Shown one piece after another: positions 30,396 through 40,429 of a stretch of DNA of 64,000 bases. Source of the DNA: Nitrospirota bacterium (GTDB taxonomy: Bacteria > Nitrospirota > UBA9217). Where the stretch lies: the NCBI GenBank assembly GCA_963790205.1, contig CAWBNQ010000001.1, forward strand, positions 480,001-544,000. Direction: 5' to 3'. The translations under genes were made by a program, and so were the position numbers. Under the pieces are notes generated by a model. The model had not been told where the DNA came from, searched no databases, and worked only from the letters and a program-made list of their open reading frames with translations. Each line of letters starts with the position of its first letter. Positions within the stretch are counted from its first letter, which is position 1.

Positions 30396-31218
30396 AGGCC
30401 TCGGCGCGCTCATCCCCGACCTCTCCGCGCTCGACGACAAAGAGAAGAAGGCCCTGGGCATTCATGAGCTCGAGCTCGACAAGATCGTGCCGAACGAGTA
30501 CCAGCCCCGGAAGGTCTTTGACGATGATAAACTGAAGGAGCTCGCTGCCTCGATAAAAGAACAGGGCGTGATCCAGCCTGTGATCGTGCACCGGGCCGGC
30601 AGCGGCTACGAGCTGATCGCCGGCGAACGGAGGTGGCGCGCGTCACGGCTTGCGGGGCTCAAGACCATTCCCGCGCTCGTCAAGGAGGCGACCAAACGCG
30701 AACTCCTCGAGATGGCGCTGATCGAGAACATCCAGCGCGAGGACCTGAACCCGCTCGAAGCAGCCGAGGCATACAAGCGGCTCCAGGACGAGTTCAAGCT
30801 GACCCAGGAAGACCTCGCCAGGCGCGTCGGCAAAGAGCGCTCGACGGTGACGAATTTTCTTCGCATTCTGGGCCTGCCGAAGGAAATAAAGCACGAACTC
30901 GCTGCCGGCAGCCTCAGCATGGGACATGCCAAGGCGCTCCTGTCCCTCGAACGCAGCCGAGACCAGATACAGGCCGCGCTCATGATCACGAAGAAGGGAC
31001 TCTCGGTCAGAGAGGCCGAGGCCCTTGCCTCACGTCTCAAGAACCCGCCGAAGGATAAAAAGGCGCGGCTGAGCCACGAGTTGAAAGCGGTGGAAGAAAA
31101 GCTTAAAAAGGCACTCGGCACCAAGGTGAGCATAGCTGCAAAATCCAGGGGCGGCAGGATCGTGATCGAGTATTATTCAGCCGAAGAACTGGACCGGATA
31201 CTGGAAAAGATCTGTTAA
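30373..31218 (+). CDS. parB: Chromosome partitioning protein ParB/Spo0J
   Basis: LGKGLGAL, QPRK.F, IAGERRWRA and ENIQREDL. Confidence 0.97.
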   Translation: MQKQALGKGLGALIPDLSALDDKEKKALGIHELELDKIVPNEYQPRKVFDDDKLKELAASIKEQGVIQPVIVHRAGSGYELIAGERRWRASRLAGLKTIPALVKEATKRELLEMALIENIQREDLNPLEAAEAYKRLQDEFKLTQEDLARRVGKERSTVTNFLRILGLPKEIKHELAAGSLSMGHAKALLSLERSRDQIQAALMITKKGLSVREAEALASRLKNPPKDKKARLSHELKAVEEKLKKALGTKVSIAAKSRGGRIVIEYYSAEELDRILEKIC

Positions 31219-31419
31219 GACAAACGCTCTGCCGCAAAGGCACAAAGGCGCCTGGAAAGATCCGGATTCAACCAGGTAGGATTATCCTTCGCGTCTTAGC
31301 CTGCAGCCGGCGATTACGAGTGGTAACGTAGCCTGCTCTTGCGAAGACGCGGCCATAAACGAGTGCAAGGTGTGACTTCGCGGCAAAAAAATTTGAATTT
31401 ATTTGAGGAGGAATCATTC

Positions 31420-31815
31420 ATGTTGAAAAAAGGCTCAGGTTCACCGGAACAGGCGGAGATCACCGCGTTTCTGGGCAAAGGCACGGAGTTCAAGGGTGTG
31501 CTCAGTTTCGAAGGCACCATCCGCGTAGACGGCAAAGTCGAAGGAGAGATCGTGTCCAAGGACACGCTGATAGCCGGCGACGGAGCGACGCTCCAGGGCG
31601 AGATCACCGTCGGAACGATCATCTCAAGCGGCAAGGTCATCGGCAATATCAACGCGAGCCAGAAGGTGCATATCCTCGCCCCGGGAAATATTCAGGGTAA
31701 TATCAAAACGCCGAAGCTCATTATCGAAGAGGGTGTTACCTTTGACGGCAAGTGCGAAATGGCCGGAGAGAGAAAAGCGGCGGAGCAGAAGGTCGTGTCG
31801 CTCACGGACAGGTAG
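31420..31815 (+). CDS. Bactofilin (polymer-forming cytoskeletal protein)
   Basis: FLGKGTEFKG.L.F.G.IRVDG..EGEI...IEEGV.FDG.C.M. Confidence 0.92.
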   Translation: MLKKGSGSPEQAEITAFLGKGTEFKGVLSFEGTIRVDGKVEGEIVSKDTLIAGDGATLQGEITVGTIISSGKVIGNINASQKVHILAPGNIQGNIKTPKLIIEEGVTFDGKCEMAGERKAAEQKVVSLTDR

Positions 31816-31973
31816 GGCTTTTCGTCTACCGCACCTGATCATCACGAACCGGAAATGCAGAAGGAGAAAGGAGGATTACGGTATTCTCTTTTCTTTTGGG
31901 CCGTTTCTCCGTGTTGGGTCTTGCACATTCGCGTTTTCCACGACAACAAATCTCTTAGCGTATCGAGACTTTA

Positions 31974-34900
31974 ATGGTCCTCTTTCATCTTTTTCGCAGA
32001 CCGGCGCTCTCCGCCTATCAGACCGCCGGCCTGCTCGCCCTTGCGCAGAAAACCGTCTCTCCCGCGATCAGCGGGATCGAGACCGAATTCTGTTTCAATG
32101 TCGCCGCCGACGGCCCGCTGACCCCGGACGAGACGCGCCTGCTCCGCTGGCTCCTGGCCGAGACCTTCGAGCCGAAGCAGTTCTCGGAATCTTCGTTCCT
32201 CACTCCGAACTCCGAACTCTCAACTCCGAACTTGGTACTCGAGGTCGGTCCCCGCATGAACTTCACCACCGCCTGGTCCACCAACGCGGTGTCGGTCTGC
32301 CACGCCTGCGGCCTGAAAAAGATCTCCCGGATCGAGCGCTCCCGCAGATATTGCCTGGAGCTTGACAATAACAACGCGTTGCGCGATGAACAACGAGCCG
32401 CCTTTCTCTCGCTCGTTCACGATCGCATGACCGAATGCCCGTACCCCGCGCCGCTGACGACCTTCGAGACCGGAACCAGGCCTGAGCCCGTGCGCATCAT
32501 CCCTCTTCTGGAAGAGGGCAGGGCCGCGCTCGAAACGATCAACCGCGAAATGGGGCTGGGGCTCGATGACTGGGACCTGGACTATTATACGAACCTCTTT
32601 GTCGGGGAGATCAAACGAAATCCCACGAACGTGGAGTGCTTTGACCTGTCGCAGTCGAACAGCGAGCACTCGCGCCACTGGTTCTTCCGCGGCAGGCTCG
32701 TCGTTGACGGGAAGGAAACTCCCGGGACCCTGATGAAGATCGTGAAGGACACCTGGGAAGCGAACAAGAACAACAGCGTCATAGCCTTCAGCGACAACTC
32801 GAGCGCGATCGCCGGATACGGCATCACCACGATCATCCCCGAGGCGGTCGGCAAACCATCGGCCTTTAAAGAAACAAAGCGAAAATACCATATCATCCTG
32901 ACGGCGGAGACGCACAACTTCCCCTCGGGCGTGGCGCCCTTCCCCGGAGCCGAGACGGGCACCGGCGGCCGCATCCGCGACGTGCAGGCGACCGGCACCG
33001 GGGGCCTCGTTGTCGCCGGCACCGCCGCCTACTGCGTGGGCAATCTTCGCATCCCCGGCTACGAACTTCCCTGGGAAGACGCGTCATATTCATATCCGAA
33101 TAATCTCGCCCCGCCGCTTTCGATCGAGGTCGAGGCGAGCAACGGCGCGTCCGACTACGGCAACAAGTTCGGCGAGCCGGTGATCCAGGGCTTCACCCGC
33201 TCCTTCGGCTTGAGAACCCCGGACGGCGAGCGGCGCGAGTGGCTCAAGCCCATCATGTTCTCCGCCGGCATCGGCCAGATGGACTCTCGCCACACTGAGA
33301 AGACCGAAGCGCAGAAGGGGATGCTCGTGGTCAAGATCGGCGGTCCCGCATACCGTATCGGCATGGGCGGAGGCGCTGCCAGTTCCATGATCCAGGGCGA
33401 GAACATCGCGGAGCTCGACTTCAACGCGGTGCAGCGCGGCGACGCGGAGATGGAACAGAAGATGAACCGCGTGATCCGCGCCTGCGTGGAGTTCGGGGAA
33501 ATGAACCCCATCCAGAGCATCCACGACCAGGGCGCCGGCGGCAACTGCAACGTCGTCAAAGAGATCGTGCACCCCGCGGGAGCCAAGATAGAGATTCGCA
33601 AGGTCCAGGTCGGGGACAACACGCTGTCCGTGCTCGAGATCTGGGGCGCCGAATATCAGGAGCAGAACGCTCTTCTTTTGAAACCGGAACACGAACAGTT
33701 GTTCCGCTCGCTCTGCCTTCGCGAGAAGGTCCCCATGGCCGTGATCGGCACGGTGACCGGCGACGGCTTCATCGTGCTCTATGATGAGATCGACAACTCG
33801 ACGCCGGAGAACCTCGAGCTCGCCAAGGTCCTGGGCGACATGCCGCAGAAGGTGTTCAGGCTCGACCGGAAAAAACCGGCGCTCAAACCGCTCGTGCTTC
33901 CGAAGGACCTCACCGTACGCAAAGCGCTCGACCGCGTGCTGAGGCTCCTTTCCGTCGGCTCCAAGCGCTTCCTCACGAACAAGGTTGACCGTTCGGTCAC
34001 GGGCCTGATCGCGCGCCAGCAGTGCGCGGGCCCGCTCCAGCTCACGGTCTCCGACGTTGCCGTGATCGCCCAATCGCACTTCGGCCTGACCGGCGCCGCG
34101 CTCTCGATCGGCGAGCAGCCGGTCAAAGAATTGATCGACCCCGCTGCCATGGCCCGGATGAGCGTGGGCGAAGCCCTCACCAACATCGTCTGGGCGAAAG
34201 TCAGCGGCCTCGGAGACATCCGCTGCTCTGCAAACTGGATGTGGGCGCCGAAGCTTCCAGGCGAAGGCAGCCGGCTCTATGACGCAGCCGTTGCCATGCG
34301 CGACGTGATGATCGAGTTCGGCATGGCCGTTGACGGCGGCAAGGACAGCCTGTCCATGGCTACGCGGGTCACCAACCCCGACGGCACGAGCGAGACCGTC
34401 AAGTCGCCGGGTACGCTCGTGATCTCCGCCTACGTCACGTGCCCCGACATCACCAAGACCGTTACGCCGGACTTCAAGGCGCCGGGCAAGAGCAAACTCC
34501 TGTATATCGACCTGGCAGGGAACAGAAGCCGCCTCGGCGGCTCCGCGCTCGCGCAGGTCTTCGGCCAGGTCGGCGACAGCTCGCCGGACCTGGACGATCC
34601 GCAGCTTCTGACCAGGACGTTTAATGCCGTGCAGCGTCTTGTTGACGACGAACTGGTCCTTGCAGGCCATGACCGCTCCGATGGCGGACTTATCACGACC
34701 CTGCTCGAAATGGCCTTTGCCGGGAACTGCGGCATTACCATCGACCTAGGCATGCAAAAAAAGGAAGATGCGATAGCGCCCCTGTTCTCCGAAGAGCTCG
34801 GACTCGTGATCGAATATCTCCCCACGGAAGAGACAAAGATCTTCGCTGCTCTGGATAATGCCGCGGTACCGTATCAGGTAATCGGAAAAACAACGCAAGA

Positions 34901-35936
34901 AAAAAGAATTGTCATTTCGCTCCAAACTCCGAACTCCCAACTCCTAACGGTTCTTGATGAAGATATGAGAGAGCTCCGGGACATCTGGGAAGAGACAAGC
35001 CATCAGCTCGACCTGATGCAGCGTAACCCCGAGAACATCCGCGAAGAGCGCAAGAACATTTACGACCGCAAGGGCCCGTCCTTTGTCATTCCCTTCACGC
35101 CGAAGCAAACGGCTGAGGACTGCTTCTGCAGTACCTCGAAGCCAAAGGTCGCTGTTATCCGGGAAGAGGGGAGCAATGGAGACCGGGAAATGGTCTCGGC
35201 ATTCTTCCTTGCAGGCTTCGAGCCCTGGGACGTGACCGTAACCGATTTGCTCGAAGGCCGCATCACGCTCGAGCGGTTCCGCGGCATTGTGTTCGTCGGG
35301 GGGTTCAGCTACGCGGACGTGCTTGACTCGGCAAAAGGCTGGGCCGCGTCGATCCGGTTCAATAAAAAGGTCTGGGACCAGTTCGAAAAATTCTATCACC
35401 GGCCCGACACCTTCAGCCTCGGCGTATGCAACGGCTGCCAGCTCATGGCGCTTTTGGGCTGGGTCCCGTGGCGCGGGATTGCCGACGAGCTCCAGCCCCG
35501 CTTTATTCATAATAAATCGGGCCGCTTCGAATCGCGCTTCTCGACCGTGAAGATCTTAAAGAGCCCCTCGATCATGCTGAATGGCATGGAAAACTCCGTG
35601 CTCGGCATCTGGGTCGCCCACGGCGAGGGCCTGGCCTATTTCCCGGACAAAAAAATGTTCAATGAGTGCGAACACGGACTCGCGCCTGTTCGTTTTGTCG
35701 ATGACGACTCAAAGATCACCGAGGCCTATCCTTTCAATCCGAATGGTTCGCCCGCCGGCATTGCAGGGCTCTGCTCGCCCGACGGGCGGCACCTTGCAAT
35801 GATGCCCCACCCCGAACGCACGGTCCTCACCTGGCAGTGGGGCTGGCTCCCCGAAGACCTCAAGAAATCCCTCGACGCGTCTCCCTGGCTCCGGATGTTC
35901 CAGAACGCACGGGAGTGGTGCGAGAAGAACAAGTAA
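31974..35936 (+). CDS. purL: Phosphoribosylformylglycinamidine synthase, large fused type
   Basis: QSNSEHSRH, AETHNFP, GGRIRD, SIHDQGAGG, GGKDSLSM, glutaminase GVCNGCQ and MPHPER; 1320 aa. Confidence 0.97.
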   Translation: MVLFHLFRRPALSAYQTAGLLALAQKTVSPAISGIETEFCFNVAADGPLTPDETRLLRWLLAETFEPKQFSESSFLTPNSELSTPNLVLEVGPRMNFTTAWSTNAVSVCHACGLKKISRIERSRRYCLELDNNNALRDEQRAAFLSLVHDRMTECPYPAPLTTFETGTRPEPVRIIPLLEEGRAALETINREMGLGLDDWDLDYYTNLFVGEIKRNPTNVECFDLSQSNSEHSRHWFFRGRLVVDGKETPGTLMKIVKDTWEANKNNSVIAFSDNSSAIAGYGITTIIPEAVGKPSAFKETKRKYHIILTAETHNFPSGVAPFPGAETGTGGRIRDVQATGTGGLVVAGTAAYCVGNLRIPGYELPWEDASYSYPNNLAPPLSIEVEASNGASDYGNKFGEPVIQGFTRSFGLRTPDGERREWLKPIMFSAGIGQMDSRHTEKTEAQKGMLVVKIGGPAYRIGMGGGAASSMIQGENIAELDFNAVQRGDAEMEQKMNRVIRACVEFGEMNPIQSIHDQGAGGNCNVVKEIVHPAGAKIEIRKVQVGDNTLSVLEIWGAEYQEQNALLLKPEHEQLFRSLCLREKVPMAVIGTVTGDGFIVLYDEIDNSTPENLELAKVLGDMPQKVFRLDRKKPALKPLVLPKDLTVRKALDRVLRLLSVGSKRFLTNKVDRSVTGLIARQQCAGPLQLTVSDVAVIAQSHFGLTGAALSIGEQPVKELIDPAAMARMSVGEALTNIVWAKVSGLGDIRCSANWMWAPKLPGEGSRLYDAAVAMRDVMIEFGMAVDGGKDSLSMATRVTNPDGTSETVKSPGTLVISAYVTCPDITKTVTPDFKAPGKSKLLYIDLAGNRSRLGGSALAQVFGQVGDSSPDLDDPQLLTRTFNAVQRLVDDELVLAGHDRSDGGLITTLLEMAFAGNCGITIDLGMQKKEDAIAPLFSEELGLVIEYLPTEETKIFAALDNAAVPYQVIGKTTQEKRIVISLQTPNSQLLTVLDEDMRELRDIWEETSHQLDLMQRNPENIREERKNIYDRKGPSFVIPFTPKQTAEDCFCSTSKPKVAVIREEGSNGDREMVSAFFLAGFEPWDVTVTDLLEGRITLERFRGIVFVGGFSYADVLDSAKGWAASIRFNKKVWDQFEKFYHRPDTFSLGVCNGCQLMALLGWVPWRGIADELQPRFIHNKSGRFESRFSTVKILKSPSIMLNGMENSVLGIWVAHGEGLAYFPDKKMFNECEHGLAPVRFVDDDSKITEAYPFNPNGSPAGIAGLCSPDGRHLAMMPHPERTVLTWQWGWLPEDLKKSLDASPWLRMFQNAREWCEKNK

Positions 35937-36280
35937 CCTCAAGTTTGCGCTCTTTGCCCCGGAATATTTGTTGTCCGGCATCATCGGACCCGTCGCTTCA
36001 AACCTGCCTCTCGATATCTTCCTGATGCAAATCGACGTCTACACTCTGGATGCGGAACAGATCGGGCTCAATATCTTCCATGATCCGTTCTAGCAGCCTT
36101 CTCCCGAACTGGTCGCCGTGGCCCGAAAGGCGGCTGCCTGCATCAGTGAAGTTGCGGGGATTATCGGTGCTCCCAAGATTGCTTCCCGCAGCTTACCATG
36201 TGATAGGATTTACGGATCTTCCCGGTTTTGTGCGGGTAGTTTTTCATACTTATCGATTTTTTTGCATATCCCCTTCGCAG

Positions 36281-36415
36281 CCTGAATGAAATTTTTGACC
36301 CGTCTAAGGCCACGTCCGCTCGCCCGCGCAAACTCGGCCTGCGGCCTCGGACATGCGCGTTCGCCCGCTGGGGACGCTCCCTTAGGCCAAGAGGGTGCCC
36401 AAAAATTTCATAGGG
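36281..36415. repeat. Long imperfect palindrome (MITE- or REP-like)
   Basis: ATGAAATTTTTG...CTAAGG...CGCGCA-AACTCGGCCTGCGGCCTCGGACA-TGCGCG...CCTTAG...CAAAAATTTCAT. Confidence 0.6.
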
Positions 36416-36681
36416 CCACTCCGGGGACATGCGGGGGTTGGGGTAGAACAAAAGCCTTTTAGACCCATTGTCGTACCATCTCGCTGAAAATCGCGTGATG
36501 GGAATCAAGGGTCCCATACGAAAATTTCAGGCAGGCGACCAAGTCCGAGGGTGAAGCATTTCGGATGTCCGAAGCCCGCAGGGCAAGCCCGCGGCCAGCG
36601 GTTATGAGTGCTCGGCGCGAATGCAGGCTGTTTCCGAAATGTACCGAGGACGACCGAGCATGCCGGTAAAAAATTTTCGCC

Positions 36682-37556
36682 GGGTGCCCTACGGCGGTCA
36701 CTACGGCGACTGCGGCGACTACCACGGCTGGCTCGTTGGCGTCCCGATCGCGAACCCGGGCGCACCGAGAGCCTGGGCTACGGGCGCTACGGGCGGCGGG
36801 ATCTGGGCGCCGAGCGGCGCAGCATCGGAAGGCGGCTCGCTATTCATAGCAACCGGCAACACATTCAGAGCGATGAACTGGGCCGGCGGTGAGGCGCTGC
36901 TGCACTTCAGTATTGGGCCCGTTTTCAGCAACAGAACGAGCGACTACTTCACCCCAAGCAACTGGCGAATGCTCGACTTGTGGGACATTGACCTGGGCGG
37001 AACGGGCCCAATAATTCTGGACGTTCCCGGCGCAACTCCCTCGAAGCTCCTTGTCGGTCTCGGAAAGGACGGCAAGATATATCTCGTCAACCGGGACGAT
37101 CTGGGCGGTGTGGGTAAAGATGTCACAGCCGTAAAGGTGGCGAAAAACAGTATCATCAACGCTGCTGCAGCGTACACAACCACACGGGGCACCTACGTCG
37201 TCTTCAAAGGGAACGGCAGCAACTGCCCGCCCGGACAGGCGGGTGACCTCACGGCCGTACGCATCACACCGGGCGCGCCGCCGAGGGTGGAAACAGCCTG
37301 GTGCGCACAACAACATGGCGAGGGATCTCCCATGGTTACCACCACCGACGGGCACAATGAGGCCATCGTTTGGAGTGTCGGCGCCGAGGATGACAATCGC
37401 CTTCACGGTTTCGACGGGGACACCGGACAGATCGTCTATGCGGGCGGCGGTCCGGGAGACGTGATCGGCTCGGTCCGGCGTTTTCACACGCCTATCCTCG
37501 CTGGCAGTCGTATCTACATAGCGGCTGACGGCGTTGTGAAGGCCTTTGTGAGGTAG
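36682..37556 (+). pseudogene. 5'-truncated PQQ-like beta-propeller protein
   Basis: VPYGGHYGDCGDYHGW, GIWAPSG, ATGN, D.DLGGTGP and GKDG.IYL. The upstream part of the ORF translates a DNA repeat and there is no signal peptide. Confidence 0.6.
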
Positions 37557-37930
37557 CTGCGAAATGCATCAAAAACGTCCCCTCGTTTTCTCGTCGCTTC
37601 TCTGTCGCCCTATCGCCTCTCCCTCACCCTGTCCGCACTTTCCCCACTCCCCATTTCTTACTTCTTAATTCTAACTTCTAACTTGCAGTAAAAAATGCCC
37701 CATCGACATTCTTGACAACGTATTACATGCGCGTATAATCATGATACTTGCGACGATAGCTCGCCTTTATCCACGGTAGATTCTCGGCAAAATTTTCTTT
37801 TCAAAATAAGTAAAGCAAGCATAGAAACAACGAAAGTTTCCACGGATTTGTAGCCGGTGGTAGTCTCCTCTTCATTGGCCGGCGTCGAGCTGACGTGCTT
37901 TTGTCTTGAGAGCGTATTGCCGAGAATATA

Positions 37931-39531
37931 CGGGCTGTTGCCCAAATGATATTGAGAAAGCCACTCAGTAATGCTATATTGCTGCGACGTCAATCACGAC
38001 ATCAGGAGCCAATAGCCATGATGGGATTGCAGCAACCGCCTCAAAGCAGCTTGTTCTATATCGGCATCAATATAGAAAAACGGGTTCGTGAGAACCATCC
38101 TTTGAGAAAAGTCAATACGCTGATCGATTTCAACTTCGCCTATGACGAAGTCAAGGACTTGTACGGCAACAACGGCAACGTTTCAGTGCCACCACCAATT
38201 ATCCTGAAACTGATGCTACTCCTGATCTTTTATAATGTCCGCTCGGAGCGGGAGCTGATGGACACCCTGCCAGAGCGTATGGATTGGCTCTGGTTTCTCG
38301 GGTATGACCTTGATTCTGAAATTCCCAACCATAGCGTGCTATCCAAGGCCCGCAAAAAATGGGGCCTCGATGTTTTTCAAAGGTTCTTCGAACGTATTGT
38401 TCTGCAGTGCGCGGAAGCCGGTCTTATTGACGGCCGCAAGATCTTCGTCGACTCCAGTCTGGTGGATGCAAATGCCTCCAACAGTTCGGTTCTCGATACC
38501 CGGAACCTGAAACATCAGTTGCACAAAAATTATAAAAAGCTGGAAGCCCGCTTGGAAGAACGCACCGAAAGCACTGATCCTTCCAGGACCTACGAAAAAA
38601 AGAACAACCGCTATATCTCCACCACCGACCCGGACGCGGCCCTGGTGAACCGGGGGAAATCCAAACTTTCCTACCAAGTGCATCGGGCCGTTGACGGTAA
38701 AAAAGAAATCATCACTGCAACCGACGTAGCGCCCGGCGATGTGAACGAAGCCCATCTGATGCTTTCGCTGCTTGAGCAACACCACGCAACAACGGAAGTC
38801 GAGGCCGAAACGGTTGTTGCGGACAGTAAGTACGGAACGATCGACAACTTCCTTGCCTGCCATGACAAGGGCATAAAGGCGCATATCCCGGATTTACGAG
38901 ACGTGGCGATCAATCGCATAGCGAAAACCGACATCTTTATGGAAGATAGATTTTCCTATGATCCTGCCACCGACTCCTATATGTGCCCGGCAGGAACTCA
39001 GCTCAAGCCGAAGTCGCTGCATATAGCCAGACAAAGCCGGGATTACGCAGCGCCCAGGAAAGTCTGCGCAGCGTGCCAGCTTAGAGAGCAATGCACGAAA
39101 AACAAGTCCGGCCGAACGATCAAGCGTCATCTCCGGCAGAATGTTCTGGAGCGCATGCGTGCAATCAGTCGATCAGCCAATGCACGGTACGACATCAAAA
39201 CCAGACAACACCTGATGGAGCGATCCTTTGCCAGGGGCACCCGATACGGCTTCGATCAAGCACGCTGGCGAGGCCTTTGGCGAATGCGGGTCCAGGAATA
39301 TATGACCTGTGCCATCCAGAACATGCAAGTGCTAATAGCGCATGCTTCCAAGCCGAAGAAAGCAGCTGCGGTACGGCTGCTCGTTGTTCAAAGAACAGTG
39401 GCAAAGGCTTTCGGATCGCTCATTTTGCATATTCCCTTGAGACAGAACCGATATTGCCCGTCATTAGCTTAGACCTCTTTACGCATCAAGGCGCTTGATC
39501 GTTCGCGGGAAGTCCTTTGGGCAACAGCCCG
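37931..39531 (+). mobile_element. IS1182-family insertion sequence, complete
   Basis: 16-bp perfect IR CGGGCTGTTGCCCAAA and TATA target duplication. Confidence 0.93.
38018..39472 (+). CDS. IS1182-family DDE transposase
   Basis: HPLRKV, SVPP...LKL.LL, SERELM, P.HSVLSK.R, VDSSLV.ANAS, ADSKYG and CPAG/CxxC. Confidence 0.92.
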   Translation: MMGLQQPPQSSLFYIGINIEKRVRENHPLRKVNTLIDFNFAYDEVKDLYGNNGNVSVPPPIILKLMLLLIFYNVRSERELMDTLPERMDWLWFLGYDLDSEIPNHSVLSKARKKWGLDVFQRFFERIVLQCAEAGLIDGRKIFVDSSLVDANASNSSVLDTRNLKHQLHKNYKKLEARLEERTESTDPSRTYEKKNNRYISTTDPDAALVNRGKSKLSYQVHRAVDGKKEIITATDVAPGDVNEAHLMLSLLEQHHATTEVEAETVVADSKYGTIDNFLACHDKGIKAHIPDLRDVAINRIAKTDIFMEDRFSYDPATDSYMCPAGTQLKPKSLHIARQSRDYAAPRKVCAACQLREQCTKNKSGRTIKRHLRQNVLERMRAISRSANARYDIKTRQHLMERSFARGTRYGFDQARWRGLWRMRVQEYMTCAIQNMQVLIAHASKPKKAAAVRLLVVQRTVAKAFGSLILHIPLRQNRYCPSLA

Positions 39532-39615
39532 TATAAACATTACCTGAAATACCCTTGACAAAAAAGCCCTGTGTACTATAATCCCTTAAAAGTCAGCCGT
39601 GTTTGAGGTTTCCCG

Positions 39616-39963
39616 ATGAAGCTCGTAACGATACAGGAAAGAGAAAAATCGCTCAAAGACGAGCTCGCGCGCATTGTCGAGGTCATCAAGAACGAATACG
39701 CGCCGGAGAAGATCGTCCTTTTCGGCTCCCTTGCAGCCGATCATGTTCACGAGTGGAGCGATATCGACCTGCTCATCATCAAACGGACCGACAAGCGCCC
39801 GATCGAGAGGACCATGGAGGTCGTAAACCTCATCCGGCCGAAGATCGGCATCGACCTGTTCATCTATACCCCGGAGGAATACGACCTCCTTCTCAAGGAA
39901 CGCTACGCGTTCATCTTAAACGTGCTGAAAACCGGAAAAACGGTGTATGAGAAAAGAAGCTGA
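39616..39963 (+). CDS. Minimal nucleotidyltransferase (MNT antitoxin)
   Basis: KIVLFGS.A.......SDIDLLII; TTGACA-16-TATAAT promoter at 39555-39582. Confidence 0.9.
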   Translation: MKLVTIQEREKSLKDELARIVEVIKNEYAPEKIVLFGSLAADHVHEWSDIDLLIIKRTDKRPIERTMEVVNLIRPKIGIDLFIYTPEEYDLLLKERYAFILNVLKTGKTVYEKRS

Positions 39964-40336
39964 GGCGTGGCTGAAGATATCCGCCGAGGACCTGCAATCA
40001 GCGGAGGTCCTTTTCGAGCGCAGGCTCTTCAGGATGGCCTGCTATCACGCCCAGCAGTCAGTCGAAAAAATCCTCAAAGCCCTTCTCGCCGACCACGAAG
40101 TCGATGTTCCCAGGACGCACAATATTCTGGACCTCAATAACGCAATAAAAAAGCTCGGGCACTCCGCGCTCATCGCCGACGAGGACGCTGTTTTCCTGAA
40201 CAGCATTTACCGTGCGCGCTATCCGTCCGAAGCGGGTCTTTTGCCTTTGGGAGAGCCGTTAGAAAAGGATGCCGAGCAGGCCCTCAAGATCGCGAGGGAC
40301 ACGGCAAATCGGATGAACAGGACCGACAGGAAGTAA
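39947..40336 (+). CDS. HEPN domain protein (MNT-HEPN pair)
   Basis: ACYHAQQSVEK.LKA.L, PRTHNI..L and Y..RYP. Confidence 0.9.
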   Translation: MRKEAEAWLKISAEDLQSAEVLFERRLFRMACYHAQQSVEKILKALLADHEVDVPRTHNILDLNNAIKKLGHSALIADEDAVFLNSIYRARYPSEAGLLPLGEPLEKDAEQALKIARDTANRMNRTDRK

Positions 40337-40429
40337 ACGCGATCAAGCGGAGCATGTCAAAACCAAAAGTCTGACCAGCTATGACTCATTGCTTTGTGGT
40401 CGTAGAACCTGCCATCTGGAGCCGAGTTT

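Noticed and set aside
33090..34670. 526-aa minus-strand ORF and other long antisense ORFs over purL, pgi, rpoD and mnmE
   Set aside because: Shadow ORFs of GC-rich, well-identified genes.
36050..36620. Short ORFs downstream of purL
   Set aside because: They mostly translate palindromic DNA repeats and show no protein-like features.
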